From the NCBI GenBank assembly GCA_019721075.1, contig JAHEAD010000002.1, positions 26,949-90,948 of the forward strand: a stretch of 64,000 bases of DNA, read 5' to 3'. The stretch comes from Candidatus Sysuiplasma jiujiangense (GTDB lineage: Archaea; Thermoplasmatota; Thermoplasmata; Sysuiplasmatales; Sysuiplasmataceae). The notes under the pieces were generated by a model that worked only from the letters and a program-made list of their open reading frames with translations, was not told where the DNA came from and made no database searches. The translations under genes were made by a program, and so were the position numbers. Each line of letters opens with the position of its first letter. Positions within the stretch are counted from its first letter, which is position 1. Below are positions 29,271 through 38,393 of the stretch, one piece after another.

Positions 29271-29876
29271 ATGAGCGATGGAAAATACAGCATATGCGTC
29301 CTTGCTTCAGGCAATGGCAGCACGATGCAGTCGATAGTAGACGCCTGCCGCACAGGCTGTCTCTCAGGAAGAGTTGTGGAGATGGTGACCGACAATCCGC
29401 TTGCATTCGCCATCCGCAGGGCCGAGCGCGAAGGCATACTGGCCACGGTCATAGACAGGAAGGGCATGCGGAAGGAGGAATTTGATTCCTCACTCCATTC
29501 CCGTCTCACTGCCCTCAAACCGGATCTTATATGCCTGGCAGGTTATCTGCGCATACTTTCGCACGAGACAGTGTCTGCGTTTCCGATGCGTATACTAAAC
29601 ATACACCCTTCGCTCCTGCCGAGGTACGGCGGGAAGGGAATGTACGGCCTGAAGGTACATAAGGCGGTACTCGAAAATGGGGAGAAAGTCAGCGGATGCA
29701 CTGTCCACTTCGTTACCGACGACGTGGACGGCGGACCCGTAATAGTCCAGAGACAGGTGCAGGTTCTGCCCGGCGACACCCCGGAAACACTGATGAGCAG
29801 GGTGCATGCGGAGGAACTCAAGGCATATCCAAGTGCCATAAAGATGGTGATGGAAGATGGCTTCGTGCCGCGGTAG
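29271..29876 (+). CDS. purN: Phosphoribosylglycinamide formyltransferase
   Basis: ICVLASGNGSTMQSIV, NIHPSLLP and GCTVHFVTDDVDGGPVIVQ are PurN signature motifs. Confidence 0.88.
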   Translation: MSDGKYSICVLASGNGSTMQSIVDACRTGCLSGRVVEMVTDNPLAFAIRRAEREGILATVIDRKGMRKEEFDSSLHSRLTALKPDLICLAGYLRILSHETVSAFPMRILNIHPSLLPRYGGKGMYGLKVHKAVLENGEKVSGCTVHFVTDDVDGGPVIVQRQVQVLPGDTPETLMSRVHAEELKAYPSAIKMVMEDGFVPR

Positions 29877-30049
29877 TGGTATGGTAGAGGCCTGCATCGT
29901 GCTTTTACTGCGGGATCGACGCGATATCGAAGGGAACTCCCCTGTTTCAAGAAAATGTGGTTGTTACAATCTGTATTGTGGAAAATGAGCCGGCCGGTTC
30001 AAAAGGTTAAATATGCGGATACAATCGCATTTATCAGGTGTGAAATCAA

Positions 30050-30889
30050 TTGTTTGAACAAACCCCCGAGGCACCTTCCATTCCTGAACTTGAAAGAATT
30101 GCCAGAGAGGTCAGGAAGGACATAGTCAGGATGACAAATGCAGCAGGCTCCGGTCATCCCGGCGGGTCGCTGTCCAGCACAGACATTCTGACAGCGCTTT
30201 ATTTCGGCCTGCTCAGGCACGATCCGGCGAATCCCAGGTGGGATGGCAGGGATATTTTCATACTCAGCAAGGGACATGCCGCGCCGGCCCTTTATTCGGT
30301 TCTTGCCGCGGCTGGCTATTTTCCAAAGAACGAACTCATCACACTGAGAAAGATCGGAAGCAGACTGCAGGGGCATGCCCACACAGGGGTTCCCGGTGTT
30401 GAGGTCTCCACTGGTTCCCTGGGACAGGGTCTTTCGATAGCTTGTGGAATTGCTCTTGCCTCCAGACTTGACGGCAGCCGCCGGCGCATAGTGGCCCTGC
30501 TCAGCGACGGGGAGAATGATGAGGGACAGACCTGGGAGGCTGCAATGTTCGCCTCGCACAGGCGACTTGATAACATAACCGTCTTTGTGGACAGAAACGG
30601 TATTCAGAATGACGGTTTCACCAAGGACATACTCGATACCACACCTCTTGACGAAAAGTGGAAGGCGTTCGGATGGAACGTCATATCAATCAACGGACAT
30701 GATTTCAGCCAGATAATCAATGCATACCGGAAGGGACTGCAGTGCAGAGGCGCTCCCACGGCGATCATAGCAAAGACAGTGAAGGGGAAAGGCGTCTCAT
30801 TCATGGAAAACAACGTCGCATTCCATGGAAAGGCACCGAACGGCGAAGAACTTGCGAGGGCTCTCAGGGAGCTGGACGGTGTGAAATGA
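30050..30889 (+). CDS. tkt: Transketolase, N-terminal (TPP-binding) subunit
   Basis: GSGHPGGSLSSTDILTALYF and GSLGQGLSIACGIALA are transketolase PP-domain motifs; split two-gene architecture. Confidence 0.9.
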   Translation: MFEQTPEAPSIPELERIAREVRKDIVRMTNAAGSGHPGGSLSSTDILTALYFGLLRHDPANPRWDGRDIFILSKGHAAPALYSVLAAAGYFPKNELITLRKIGSRLQGHAHTGVPGVEVSTGSLGQGLSIACGIALASRLDGSRRRIVALLSDGENDEGQTWEAAMFASHRRLDNITVFVDRNGIQNDGFTKDILDTTPLDEKWKAFGWNVISINGHDFSQIINAYRKGLQCRGAPTAIIAKTVKGKGVSFMENNVAFHGKAPNGEELARALRELDGVK

Positions 30890-31845
30890 AAATGGATTCT
30901 GGCAGTCCGAAAATGGAGAGCCAGCGGAAAGAATACGGAAGAGCCCTGACCGAAATCGGCTCAAAGAACAGGGATCTTGTTGTTCTCGACGCCGATCTTT
31001 CCGTCTCCACCAGAACAGGCGAGTTCGGAAAGGCTTTCCCGGAGCGATTTTACAATTGCGGTGTCTCGGAGGCAAACATGGTAACGATTGCTGCCGGCCT
31101 GGCAATGGCCGGAAAGACTGTCTTCGCCTCCACCTTTGCAGTCTTCGCCACCGGACTGACATATAACCAGATCAGGCAGTCGATTGCCTATCCGTCATCC
31201 AACGTCAAGATTGCGGCCAGCCATGCCGGCCTGTCGGTCGGACCGGACGGCGCAACACACCAGATGCTTGAAGACATAGGCCTCATGAGGGGTCTCCCGA
31301 ACATGACCGTTGTCGTTCCTGCGGACGCCCGTGAGACATATCAGGCAACCTATGCCCTATCCGAATACCGTGGACCTGCATATATGCGATTCGGAAGGGC
31401 CGATGTGCCGTCCATCGGCGATGTCAACGGAGACTTCAGGCTGGGCAGAGCATCCGTGCTGAGAGACGGGGGAGACGTAACGCTTGTCGCCACCGGTCAG
31501 ATGGTCCATTCAGCTCTGAACGCATCTGAAATACTTTCCGGAAAAGGAATCGATGCTTCGGTCATCAACATGAGCACAATAAAACCGCTTGACGCCGATG
31601 CCCTGCTGAAATATGCGCGGAAGACAGGCTGCATCGTAACGGCCGAGGAGCACAGCGTGATCAACGGCCTGGGCGACGCCGTCTGTTCGGCTGTCGCACA
31701 GAGATACCCTGTCCTTGTGGACAAGGTCGGAACTGAGGATACTTTCGGTGAGTCTGGCGAGGCTAACGAGCTTCTGGCAAAATACGGCCTGACACCCCGG
31801 AATATCGCCCAAAGGGCGGAGAAACTGGTTAAAATTAAACAATAG
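30886..31845 (+). CDS. tkt: Transketolase, C-terminal (pyrimidine-binding) subunit
   Basis: ATGA overlap with upstream gene; ...VATGLTYNQIRQ...PDGATHQMLEDIGLMRGLPNMTVVVPADA... is the Pyr/C-terminal transketolase domain. The track ORF start at 30742 is an artefactual 5' extension. Confidence 0.9.
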   Translation: MKMDSGSPKMESQRKEYGRALTEIGSKNRDLVVLDADLSVSTRTGEFGKAFPERFYNCGVSEANMVTIAAGLAMAGKTVFASTFAVFATGLTYNQIRQSIAYPSSNVKIAASHAGLSVGPDGATHQMLEDIGLMRGLPNMTVVVPADARETYQATYALSEYRGPAYMRFGRADVPSIGDVNGDFRLGRASVLRDGGDVTLVATGQMVHSALNASEILSGKGIDASVINMSTIKPLDADALLKYARKTGCIVTAEEHSVINGLGDAVCSAVAQRYPVLVDKVGTEDTFGESGEANELLAKYGLTPRNIAQRAEKLVKIKQ

Positions 31846-31848
31846 CTG

Positions 31849-32502
31849 GTGAAAGAGTTGAAAATCTTCTTGGATACCGCAAACATCGGTGAAATCAGGG
31901 AGGCATGGGAACTCGGGGTAATTGACGGCGTTACGACAAATCCGTCGCTCGTTTCCAGGGAGGGCAGGAAGTTCAGCGAAGTGCTCAGGGAGATATGCCG
32001 CATCATCGATGGACCCGTGAACGCTGAGGTGCTAAGCACTGATTTCAGTGGCATGATGAAGGAAGGAAGGGAGCTTGCGAAGATCAACAGGAGGATCGTC
32101 GTCAAGGTACCCATGACAGCCGAAGGACTTAAAGCATGCAGGGCTCTCCGTTCCGAATGCATCATGACGAATATGACGCTGGTCTTTTCTGCGAACCAGG
32201 CGGTACTCGCGGCAAAGGCTGGCGCTTCCTATGTCAGCCCCTTCATCGGCAGACTGGACGACATCGGAAACGAGGGAATGCAGATCATCAGGGAGATAAC
32301 AGAAATCTACAGTCATTACGACTTCAATACCGAGATTCTTGTGGCAAGCGTCAGGAATCCGATTCATGTTGTTGATGCAGCAATGCTCGGCGCGGATATT
32401 GTGACACTTCCGTTTGCCGTCCTGAAGCAGATGATCAGGCATTCACTCACCGATACTGGACTTGAACGGTTCATAAAGGACTGGGAAAAGGTGCCCAAGT
32501 AA
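31849..32502 (+). CDS. tal: Transaldolase (short Tal/fructose-6-phosphate aldolase type)
   Basis: [34 protein letters not shown]...[14 protein letters not shown] (Schiff-base Lys in KVP); 217 aa; GTG start. Confidence 0.9.
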   Translation: MKELKIFLDTANIGEIREAWELGVIDGVTTNPSLVSREGRKFSEVLREICRIIDGPVNAEVLSTDFSGMMKEGRELAKINRRIVVKVPMTAEGLKACRALRSECIMTNMTLVFSANQAVLAAKAGASYVSPFIGRLDDIGNEGMQIIREITEIYSHYDFNTEILVASVRNPIHVVDAAMLGADIVTLPFAVLKQMIRHSLTDTGLERFIKDWEKVPK

Positions 32503-32513
32503 GGGGTGACTGT

Positions 32514-32747
32514 GTGACTGGAGAGGGAGAGGAAACACAGGTCCAGGACGAACCGAAGGACGGCCTTGATGAATGGGTGGATGAGCTGGATCGGCTGATA
32601 GGCGTGGAACAGATGAGCGATGAGGAGATCGCTGAAAGGGAAACTGCACGGAAGGAGGAGGAAGGGACCTGGGCAGTAAAATTAATTGTGATCGCCATCA
32701 TAATCCTCGTCCTCCTTGCATTCCTTTTCTACCTGAAGATAATATGA
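32514..32747 (+). CDS. Small acidic tail-anchored membrane protein (77 aa), hypothetical
   Basis: Highly acidic 55-aa N-terminus, then one C-terminal TM helix VKLIVIAIIILVLLAFLFYL; position and codon usage consistent with a real gene, no homologue recognised. Confidence 0.35.
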   Translation: MTGEGEETQVQDEPKDGLDEWVDELDRLIGVEQMSDEEIAERETARKEEEGTWAVKLIVIAIIILVLLAFLFYLKII

Positions 32748-32763
32748 GTTTGCCCGGTAACGG

Positions 32764-33528
32764 TCAGTTCCCGCTGAAAACCGGCTTTCGCTTTTCCCTG
32801 AACGCACTGACCCCCTCACGAAAATCGGATGACTTCCCGAGTTCCTCCTGTGCCTCAGCTTCCTCCTTCAGGAATGCGTCCCCATCGCCGAATACTGCCC
32901 TGTTCAGGAGTTTTTTGCTCAGAGAATATGATTGAAACGGCCCTTCCGATATCGCTCTTGCCCTATGAACAGCGTCAGTCAGCGGATCCTCGGATATGCG
33001 GAAGAGAGAAAGCTTTTCCGCCTCGGCTGCAGTCATTTCGCCCCCGGCAAGGAGAAGCTCATAGACGGACGAAGGCTGAACAAGTCTCGGAAGCATGTAT
33101 GACAGTCCCGTATCCGGAACGAGGCCAATCCTGTGGAAAGCGGTCACGAACCTCGTTCCCTTTGAGCAGTACCTCAGGTCGCACGCGACCGCGATGCTGA
33201 TGCCCGCACCTGCGGCAACACCGTTCACAGCGGCCACATATATCTTGGGGCTGAATCTTATGCCGCGCATAATCGGATGGAATGTTTCATAAAGATCGGC
33301 GGACAGACTCCCGGGCATTGAATCGAGGTCAGCGCCGACGCAGAAGGCGTTTCCTGCGCCTGTAATCACAACAGCCCTGATTCTGTCGTCCGAATTCACC
33401 CTCCGCAGCGCATCTATGAATTCGATGCGCATTTCTCTGCTAAGCGCGTTAAGCTTTTCCGGGCGGTTCATCGTTATTGTCGCGACGTAACCTTCCATTC
33501 CGAATTCAATCGTCTTCATCCCTGCCAC
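32764..33528 (-). CDS. Enoyl-CoA hydratase/isomerase (crotonase fold)
   Basis: ITMNRPEKLNAL...AVVITGAGNAFCVGADL is the canonical crotonase oxyanion-hole region. Confidence 0.85.
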   Translation of the reverse strand: MAGMKTIEFGMEGYVATITMNRPEKLNALSREMRIEFIDALRRVNSDDRIRAVVITGAGNAFCVGADLDSMPGSLSADLYETFHPIMRGIRFSPKIYVAAVNGVAAGAGISIAVACDLRYCSKGTRFVTAFHRIGLVPDTGLSYMLPRLVQPSSVYELLLAGGEMTAAEAEKLSLFRISEDPLTDAVHRARAISEGPFQSYSLSKKLLNRAVFGDGDAFLKEEAEAQEELGKSSDFREGVSAFREKRKPVFSGN

Positions 33529-34283
33529 ACAGCCTTCCTCTTTGAGAGAAATGCATCGATGCCTTCCTTCCCGTCGGCGTGGACCAGCGATGTTATGAAA
33601 TTCCTCCGTTCGATGTCGAGACCCTGGAGAAGATTTGTTTCGAATGCCTTGTTTACGCTTTCCTTGGCGAGTTCCAGCGCAAAAAGCGAATGATCGGATA
33701 TCCGCGATGCCATTTCATGGGCTCCTTCCATCAGTTTTTCGTCATCGAAAACCCTGCTGACAAGGCCTATCGTCTCCGCTTCGTCAGCAGTGATCAGGTT
33801 CCCTGTCAGCACCATCTCCATTGCTTTCGATTTTCCGGCAGCCCTTGCGAGGCGCTGCGTTCCTCCGGCACCGGGGATTATACCGAGATTTATTTCGGCC
33901 TGGCCGAACTTTGCGCTTCTTGCCGACAGGGCAATATCGCACGCCATGACGAGCTCCAGGCCCCCTCCTACTGCCGGACCGTTTACAGCCGCAATCACAG
34001 GTTTCCTGAATGATCTCATTCTTTCCCACAGAGGAAGATGGCCTCCCCTCACCACTTCATCGAGTCTCATACCGGAAAGCTCCCTGACATCCGCTCCTGC
34101 CGAAAACGCCTTGCCGTTTCCCGTCACTATGACTGCCTTTGTTTCTGCATCTGCCGAAAATGAGTCGAAAGCGGCAATCATATCGGCGACCATCTCCATA
34201 TTTATCGAATTAAGTTTTTCGGGCCTGTTGAGGCGTATCACGCCTGTCCTGCCTGTTTTTTCAACGATTACGGTACCTGCCAT
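33516..34283 (-). CDS. Enoyl-CoA hydratase (crotonase fold), second paralogue
   Basis: IRLNRPEKLNSIN...AVIVTGNGKAFSAGADVREL...AAVNGPAVGGGLELVMACD; 13-bp overlap with the downstream crotonase. Confidence 0.85.
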   Translation of the reverse strand: MAGTVIVEKTGRTGVIRLNRPEKLNSINMEMVADMIAAFDSFSADAETKAVIVTGNGKAFSAGADVRELSGMRLDEVVRGGHLPLWERMRSFRKPVIAAVNGPAVGGGLELVMACDIALSARSAKFGQAEINLGIIPGAGGTQRLARAAGKSKAMEMVLTGNLITADEAETIGLVSRVFDDEKLMEGAHEMASRISDHSLFALELAKESVNKAFETNLLQGLDIERRNFITSLVHADGKEGIDAFLSKRKAVWQG

Positions 34284-34422
34284 AGGAACACAGAGGGTGA
34301 TGCCGTTTGAAATATGTAATGCTAACTGGAAACTGGTTTCCGCCGGCCGCTGCGAGGCAGGCTGCAGACCGGTATCGGGCTGCGGCTGAACACCTGCTCA
34401 AAGTCGGCACCTTTAAAGCGGG

Positions 34423-34430
34423 TATAAATA
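34423..34430 (+). promoter_or_regulatory. TATA box (tataaata) with upstream ctttaaag, ~30 nt before the ATG at 34460
   Basis: Strong AT-rich box in GC-rich DNA; supports the 34460 start for the diiron-protein gene. Confidence 0.45.
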
Positions 34431-34459
34431 AGTGGCTGAACAGTACAGAGGACGGAAAA

Positions 34460-35485
34460 ATGAAAAATGGATCCGGAGATAAAATCGAGCTGCCGGAATT
34501 TCCTCCAGGCAATATCTATCCTGCCGAATGGGACTTTGCCAATGATCTGGAATGGAGGCTATATGGCAGATCGAAGAAGGAACAGTGGGATGAGTCAAAG
34601 CTGGACTGGGCGAAACTGGACGAGTTTGTATCCGGGCTGGACAGAAAAGAGAGACTCTCGATGGCTTACTGGTGGGCGCTCCTCTCCACCTTTGACAACG
34701 CAAATCCTGTTTTTTCATATGCCGTAGTCAAGGCGCATGAACTCAAGGAGAAGACGGCGGTCAGGTGTCTTCTAAACACCATCGCATTCGACGAGAACAG
34801 GCACAACATAATCTGCGGCATGTGCATAAACAAGCTGTGCCCCGGTTTCCCGACCAGATTCAAGCCGATGAACGACCTGGAGGCAAAAGCACAGGCAAAC
34901 ATACTGTGGACGTGGTACAATGGTGCACGATACTGGAAGGCATATCTTGAATCGTACAACAAATACACGACGGACGTTCTGTTCACATCATTCATGATGG
35001 GCGAGGCCGCGGCCACCACCGTTTTCACTCAGATGTCTAGGAATTCCAGGATAGAAACATTCAGGGAAGCTTTCAGGAACATAGCACAGGATGAAACGAG
35101 GCATTATGCCTTTACGCAGCTCGTTATGGCAGACGGCGCCAAGAAGATGAATGAAGAAAGAAAAAGACTGGTCACAAAGCAGATCAAGGCAGGCTTCATT
35201 TTCCTTTCGCTGATAACATACAAGCTGCCGGCAAAATCAAACACATTCTGGAAACTGCCCGGATATTTTGAGGAAGTAAACGAAAAGATGGAAGACATTT
35301 CAAGGGACGCAGGCCTTGGCGTTCCTCTCATCTCCGAGAAGGAGGATGCGTGGAGATCGGCTGTAATGAAGGTCGGAGCCTCGATGAAAAAATACGGAAT
35401 CAGATTGCCGGAAATACCTGAGCTGGGCATATCCGGCGAGGATGTCGGCGACGTTGACGGCGACGAGATTGTGCCCGTCTTCTGA
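34460..35485 (+). CDS. Ferritin-like diiron-carboxylate protein (two E...ExxH motifs; acyl-ACP-desaturase/R2-like oxygenase fold), function unknown
   Basis: Motif pairs ...AFDENRHNI... and ...AQDETRHYAF..., each preceded ~30 aa earlier by a Glu (helix A/C), resemble the EENRH/DEKRH ligand motifs of soluble desaturases and R2-like oxidases. The track ORF starts at 34307, but only 23 bp would then separate it from the divergent crotonase start, and a TATA box lies at 34423. Confidence 0.6.
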   Translation: MKNGSGDKIELPEFPPGNIYPAEWDFANDLEWRLYGRSKKEQWDESKLDWAKLDEFVSGLDRKERLSMAYWWALLSTFDNANPVFSYAVVKAHELKEKTAVRCLLNTIAFDENRHNIICGMCINKLCPGFPTRFKPMNDLEAKAQANILWTWYNGARYWKAYLESYNKYTTDVLFTSFMMGEAAATTVFTQMSRNSRIETFREAFRNIAQDETRHYAFTQLVMADGAKKMNEERKRLVTKQIKAGFIFLSLITYKLPAKSNTFWKLPGYFEEVNEKMEDISRDAGLGVPLISEKEDAWRSAVMKVGASMKKYGIRLPEIPELGISGEDVGDVDGDEIVPVF

Positions 35486-35504
35486 TGATTGAGGCTGCCC
35501 GCAC

Positions 35505-36671
35505 ATGGTAAAGACCGAATATGACATGGTTGTGATCGGGGGCGGCCCGGCCGGCAGCCGCTTTGCTGCCGGCGCATCTCAGAAAAACGATGTGCTCCTT
35601 CTGGAAGAAAACTATGAGATCGGTAAACCGGTCCAGTGTTCCGGACTTGTCAGTCCGCGCGTGATTGAGATGAGCGGCCTCAGATCATGGCACAATACAA
35701 TCAGATCCGTGAATTTCTATTCGCCCGGAGGCGTCCATTTTGCAATTGAGGGAAACAGCATCAAAGGATATGTTATCGACAGGAGCGGACTCGACATAAC
35801 GCTTGCGGAAAGAGCCGCAAGATCCGGTGCGGAAATAATGCTTGGTTCAACATTTGTCGGCGCCGAAAGAGAGGGAAGAAAGCTGAAAATACAGTTCAAG
35901 AAAATGGGGGAGCTCCGGGAAGTCAGGTGCTCGCTGCTTGTCGGGGCAGACGGCATGTCGTCGACCGTTTCAAGGATCTTCGGACTGAGCAGATACAGCG
36001 AAATCGTCTCATGCGTACAGTCAGATGTCTATGTCCCTTCACTCAATGAAAGTGATGCCGTCTCCCTCTATTTCGGAAGCGAGACAGCGCCGGGTTTTTT
36101 TGCATGGGCCATTCCCGGGAAGGAATTCACAAGGATCGGCCTTGGAATCACTTCGGGCAGCAGGACAGCAGCCGAATATTACGAAAGGCTGCTCGCAAAG
36201 CTTGGGGGCGGGAAGGCGCTGAACCTCACTGCGGGTCCGATTCCGCTGGGAAACAGGGGAAGGATGGTCGCAGACAACGTAATGCTTGTGGGGGACGCTG
36301 CAGGGCATGTAAAACCCATCTCTGGCGGCGGAATATTCACATCCATGGCGGCGGCCGATCTCGCAGCCTCCGTTGCAGCCGAGGCTTTTGCCTGCGGCGA
36401 CATGAGCGCACGCGTCCTGTCAAGGTACGAGAAGGAGTGGAACAGGGGCATCGGGCGGGAGCTCGAAAGGGGAGCACTTGTCAGGAGGATATTCCTGCAG
36501 ATGAATGACGGAAATCTTGACAGTCTCTTCCGTACACTGGATGAGAGCCGTATCAAGGATCTGTTGAGCAGGGGAGACATCGACTATCCGACAGAGCTTT
36601 CACCATTGGTGCTTTCACGGGCTCCGTCTCTTCTGCGGTTCTCGCCGCAGCTCATCAGGGCACTGATGTAG
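35505..36671 (+). CDS. Geranylgeranyl reductase family FAD-dependent oxidoreductase (GGR paralogue)
   Basis: YDMVVIGGGPAGS...GKPVQCSGLVS...LVGDAAGHVKPISGGGI...YEKEW closely parallels archaeal digeranylgeranylglycerophospholipid reductase motifs. Confidence 0.85.
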   Translation: MVKTEYDMVVIGGGPAGSRFAAGASQKNDVLLLEENYEIGKPVQCSGLVSPRVIEMSGLRSWHNTIRSVNFYSPGGVHFAIEGNSIKGYVIDRSGLDITLAERAARSGAEIMLGSTFVGAEREGRKLKIQFKKMGELREVRCSLLVGADGMSSTVSRIFGLSRYSEIVSCVQSDVYVPSLNESDAVSLYFGSETAPGFFAWAIPGKEFTRIGLGITSGSRTAAEYYERLLAKLGGGKALNLTAGPIPLGNRGRMVADNVMLVGDAAGHVKPISGGGIFTSMAAADLAASVAAEAFACGDMSARVLSRYEKEWNRGIGRELERGALVRRIFLQMNDGNLDSLFRTLDESRIKDLLSRGDIDYPTELSPLVLSRAPSLLRFSPQLIRALM

Positions 36672-36682
36672 ACGCTCGGTCC

Positions 36683-37411
36683 TTAACGCCCGGCACTTCT
36701 CCTCTCCCGGAAATAGGACACCACGGCCGCGACGCCAACTATGAATGCGATAGAACCGGCGGCGAAAAAGAGATATGTCGGGGAGGGAGTGTTGACACCG
36801 AAGGAGACATCCGGAAGTATGCCCGAGAAGCCGAGCGTCTCATTCAGATAGGTGAAGTTCAGCTGACTCACTCCGCCCGAAACAGGAACAAATATGCTTT
36901 TCCATTCAGCTTCCGTGAAAAACCCTTTGGAGGCCATGCGCATATGCTCCTGACCGACATAGAAAGACATGAATTCCCACACAAAGTAGGTGCCCTCATT
37001 GAAGAAAGAGCCGTGCGGAGTGGTGTAATTTGTCTGCAGCGCAAGCGCAAAGGTGTCTGATTGACCCGGCACCAGGCTGAATCTCTCCGTAACTGACTGG
37101 CCGCCGCTTGACAGGAAATACGGCCTGTCCTGTATTCCGATGGCAGACATGTTTGTGTATTCTTTTCCGGATGAAAAAGCGTATATTGAAAGGGAGAGAG
37201 TGGCATTTTCCATGGTAGCGTTGTACGGATTGTACAGCTGCATTTTCAATGTCCCGGAATCCCCGGGATTTATATCCGGGGATGTGACGCTCTTCACAAT
37301 GAGATTCGCATATGACTGCTGCCCTGATGCCGGAATCGCCGAATTGAGGACAATCAGCATTATAACCAGTATGTCTGCGAGTCTTGCAGGATGCACGTCG
37401 AGGACATCCAT
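36683..37411 (-). CDS. Secreted/surface protein with signal peptide, N-glycosylation sequons and C-terminal TM anchor
   Basis: N-terminal hydrophobic ILVIMLIVLNSAIPASG, several N-x-T/S sequons, C-terminal TM FFAAGSIAFIVGVAAVVSYF followed by RERRSAGR. Confidence 0.55.
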   Translation of the reverse strand: MDVLDVHPARLADILVIMLIVLNSAIPASGQQSYANLIVKSVTSPDINPGDSGTLKMQLYNPYNATMENATLSLSIYAFSSGKEYTNMSAIGIQDRPYFLSSGGQSVTERFSLVPGQSDTFALALQTNYTTPHGSFFNEGTYFVWEFMSFYVGQEHMRMASKGFFTEAEWKSIFVPVSGGVSQLNFTYLNETLGFSGILPDVSFGVNTPSPTYLFFAAGSIAFIVGVAAVVSYFRERRSAGR

Positions 37412-37476
37412 GTCCGCTATTAAAAATACTCAGTGGTGCGGGAAGCAGACTTATACACTGAACGAATCACATATGT

Positions 37477-38385
37477 GTGGTAAGGAACCGGGAAAGAAAG
37501 GAAGAAAGCATGACAAGGCCAACCCCCAGGGACATTGCGGTCAGATCGCTGAAACTGCCGGAAGAACTGAAGAAATTTCTGCCTGCCAGATGGGAAATGA
37601 TCGGGAGCGTTGCGGTGCTCAAGCTCAGGGAGGAACTCGAAAGCTATTCATACGAGATAGGGGAGGCGTATGCCGGTGCGCTCAAGGCGCAGAGCGTCTA
37701 TGCAGTCAGGGGGCTGATCTCGGGGCCGTTCAGGAAGCCGTCTCTGGAACTCATCTACGGCGAGGATGGTGAGACGGTCCACAACGAGAACGGCGTGAGG
37801 TATGTCCTCGATGTGTCGAAGGTAATGTTCTCATCCGCAAATCATGATGAGCGTATGAGAATGGCAAACCTGGACTGCACGGGCGAAACAATCGTGGATA
37901 TGTTCGCAGGGATCGGACACCTGTCGATGCCTGTTGCGGTACATTCTTCCCCCGCAATGATAATCGCCGCGGAGGCGGACGCAGACACATTTACATATCT
38001 GCTCAGGACAATTGAAGCCAATGATGCGGGAGAGATATTCCGGGCCGAGAATACGGACAACCGCCTGCTCCATGTTGAGGAAGCGGACAGGATTATAATG
38101 GGCTATCTTGAAAACACACTTGCGTGGCTGCCGAAGGCACTGAGCATGTGCAGGATCGGTGGCGCAATTCACCTCCATCAGGCTGTCCGGAGAGGACACG
38201 TAAGCGAATGGAGGAGTGAGATCGAAGAAGGACGGGGAATGGGCGTCGGCAAGAGTGTGGCTGTGGAGAATATCAGGAGGGTGAAGGGCTATTCGGCCCT
38301 TCTGGATCACATGGCGGCAGATCTGCGTGTCGTGCGCACAGACAAAGCGCCCGAAGGGAAAATAAATAGTATTAAGAGCACATGA
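37477..38385 (+). CDS. tRNA (guanine37-N1)-methyltransferase Trm5 / Taw2-type class I methyltransferase
   Basis: GVRYVLDVSKVMFSSANHDERMRMA...GETIVDMFAGIGHLSMPVA matches the Trm5/TYW2 (Met-10+) catalytic core. Confidence 0.75.
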   Translation: MVRNRERKEESMTRPTPRDIAVRSLKLPEELKKFLPARWEMIGSVAVLKLREELESYSYEIGEAYAGALKAQSVYAVRGLISGPFRKPSLELIYGEDGETVHNENGVRYVLDVSKVMFSSANHDERMRMANLDCTGETIVDMFAGIGHLSMPVAVHSSPAMIIAAEADADTFTYLLRTIEANDAGEIFRAENTDNRLLHVEEADRIIMGYLENTLAWLPKALSMCRIGGAIHLHQAVRRGHVSEWRSEIEEGRGMGVGKSVAVENIRRVKGYSALLDHMAADLRVVRTDKAPEGKINSIKST

Positions 38386-38393
38386 ATTCGTGA

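Noticed and set aside
34307-34459. Longer N-terminal extension of the diiron-protein ORF (track start 34307)
   Set aside because: It would leave only 23 bp between divergent start codons. A strong TATA box at 34423-34430 sits inside the extension, and the ATG at 34460 is at the leaderless distance from it.
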